Shown here: positions 63,332-64,000 of the stretch, piece by piece | Numbering within the stretch: the stretch's first letter is position 1 | Layout of the letters: each line of letters opens with the position of its first letter | DNA from: Trichosphaerium sp. ATCC 40318 | Lineage: Eukaryota; Protista; Tubulinea | Assembly (NCBI GenBank): GCA_038496445.1 | Contig: JALMLS010000085.1 | Coordinates: 1-64,000 of the forward strand | Reading direction: 5' to 3' | Length of the DNA: 64,000 nt | Notes under the pieces: model-generated | What the model was told of the DNA's origin: nothing | Seen by the model: only the letters and a program-made list of their open reading frames with translations | The model's database searches: none | Position numbers and translations under genes: made by a program

Positions 63332-64000
63332 ATGGCTCTAGGATGCCTCGGCTTATTTTGGGCTTTAATAAAGCAAACGTTAACGCAAATAAAAGCGAAA
63401 AAACTGAACGCTTGCTTGGGATTTTCAGCATGTTTAGTTGTTATCTTTACAGTAGCTCTTTTAATGTCTGGTACTCTTTTTCGTACCCCATGTTCCCAAC
63501 TAAGTTTAAAACCATTCTAGTGCTACAAAAATCCCCTCTTATATTTCTACGATTGTCTGAACTTAGTAACGGGTACGCTTTGTCACGTGGGCTGGAATAA
63601 AACTTGTAAAGATTAATTTTCTTTTCAAAACGCAGGGAAATTGATGTAAGGTTAAAGCCGAATACAGATAGTGGCGCTGAACGCTTGAATTATACAGTAA
63701 TTGAGAAAACACTATCAGATACATCCATTAAGCTTCATTCTCCAAGATTACGACTAGATAGTGCCGGGTTGTTTTTATGGAAAGATTGTGCGTATAAAAT
63801 CAAAAAAAATTACCTCTTTGTAACACGTGTTTTTAGGTAATCCCGGTGGAAACTTTGAGTTCGTTGTTTTACCATCATCTCAATCAATAACTCAGTTCTT
63901 AGTTCCTTATTATGGATATATGGCATGGGAAGAAAAGCTTGTACTATGGAAAAAGGAGGATGTATTCATGATAAATGCGATGCCTCGGGCGCCGTGCGTA
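63332..64000 (+). CDS. Probable FtsX/MacB-like permease family membrane protein, 5' part only
   Basis: N-terminal TM (LGFSACLVVIFTVALL), then KSPLIFLRLSELSNG-EIDV...LNYT...HSPR, resembling protist FtsX-domain proteins; runs off the window. Confidence 0.55.

Noticed and set aside
1-64000. Alternative genetic code suggested by the fragmented ORFs
   Set aside because: Conserved genes (aconitase, GRP94, CobW) read through once short introns are removed, and TAA, TAG and TGA all serve as true stops.

Overview
AT-rich, gene-dense eukaryotic DNA using the standard genetic code. Most genes have many short GT-AG introns (mostly 37-100 nt, donor often GTACGT), so the ORF track is fragmented. Gene content (class C GPCR, saposin-like protein, protist FtsX-type permease) suggests a free-living protist, probably an amoebozoan; this is inference. 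I reconstructed about 28 gene models by eye, including Nudix hydrolase, 2OG-Fe(II) oxygenase, AAA ATPase, mitochondrial S12, Wee1/Myt1 kinase, BK-type K+ channel, an Aco2-type aconitase, CobW GTPase, METTL4, GRP94, TYW2 and GGCT. Main points of interest: (1) bases 1-4382 are an inverted copy of 13575-17952 that cuts off the AAA ATPase before Walker B and begins on a telomere-like CCCTAA(A); (2) four dispersed genes carry an F-box-like motif plus 24-aa MORN-variant or LRR repeats as one exon; (3) CACGTG is roughly 9-fold over-represented and often lies in introns; (4) a U12-type intron and GC-AG introns; (5) a five-repeat protein with a nuclease-like C-terminus; (6) an intronless, bacterial-looking mitochondrial ankyrin protein; (7) several structured non-coding segments and a MITE-like element. 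Exon boundaries are manual predictions. No tRNA, rRNA or CRISPR array was recognised.
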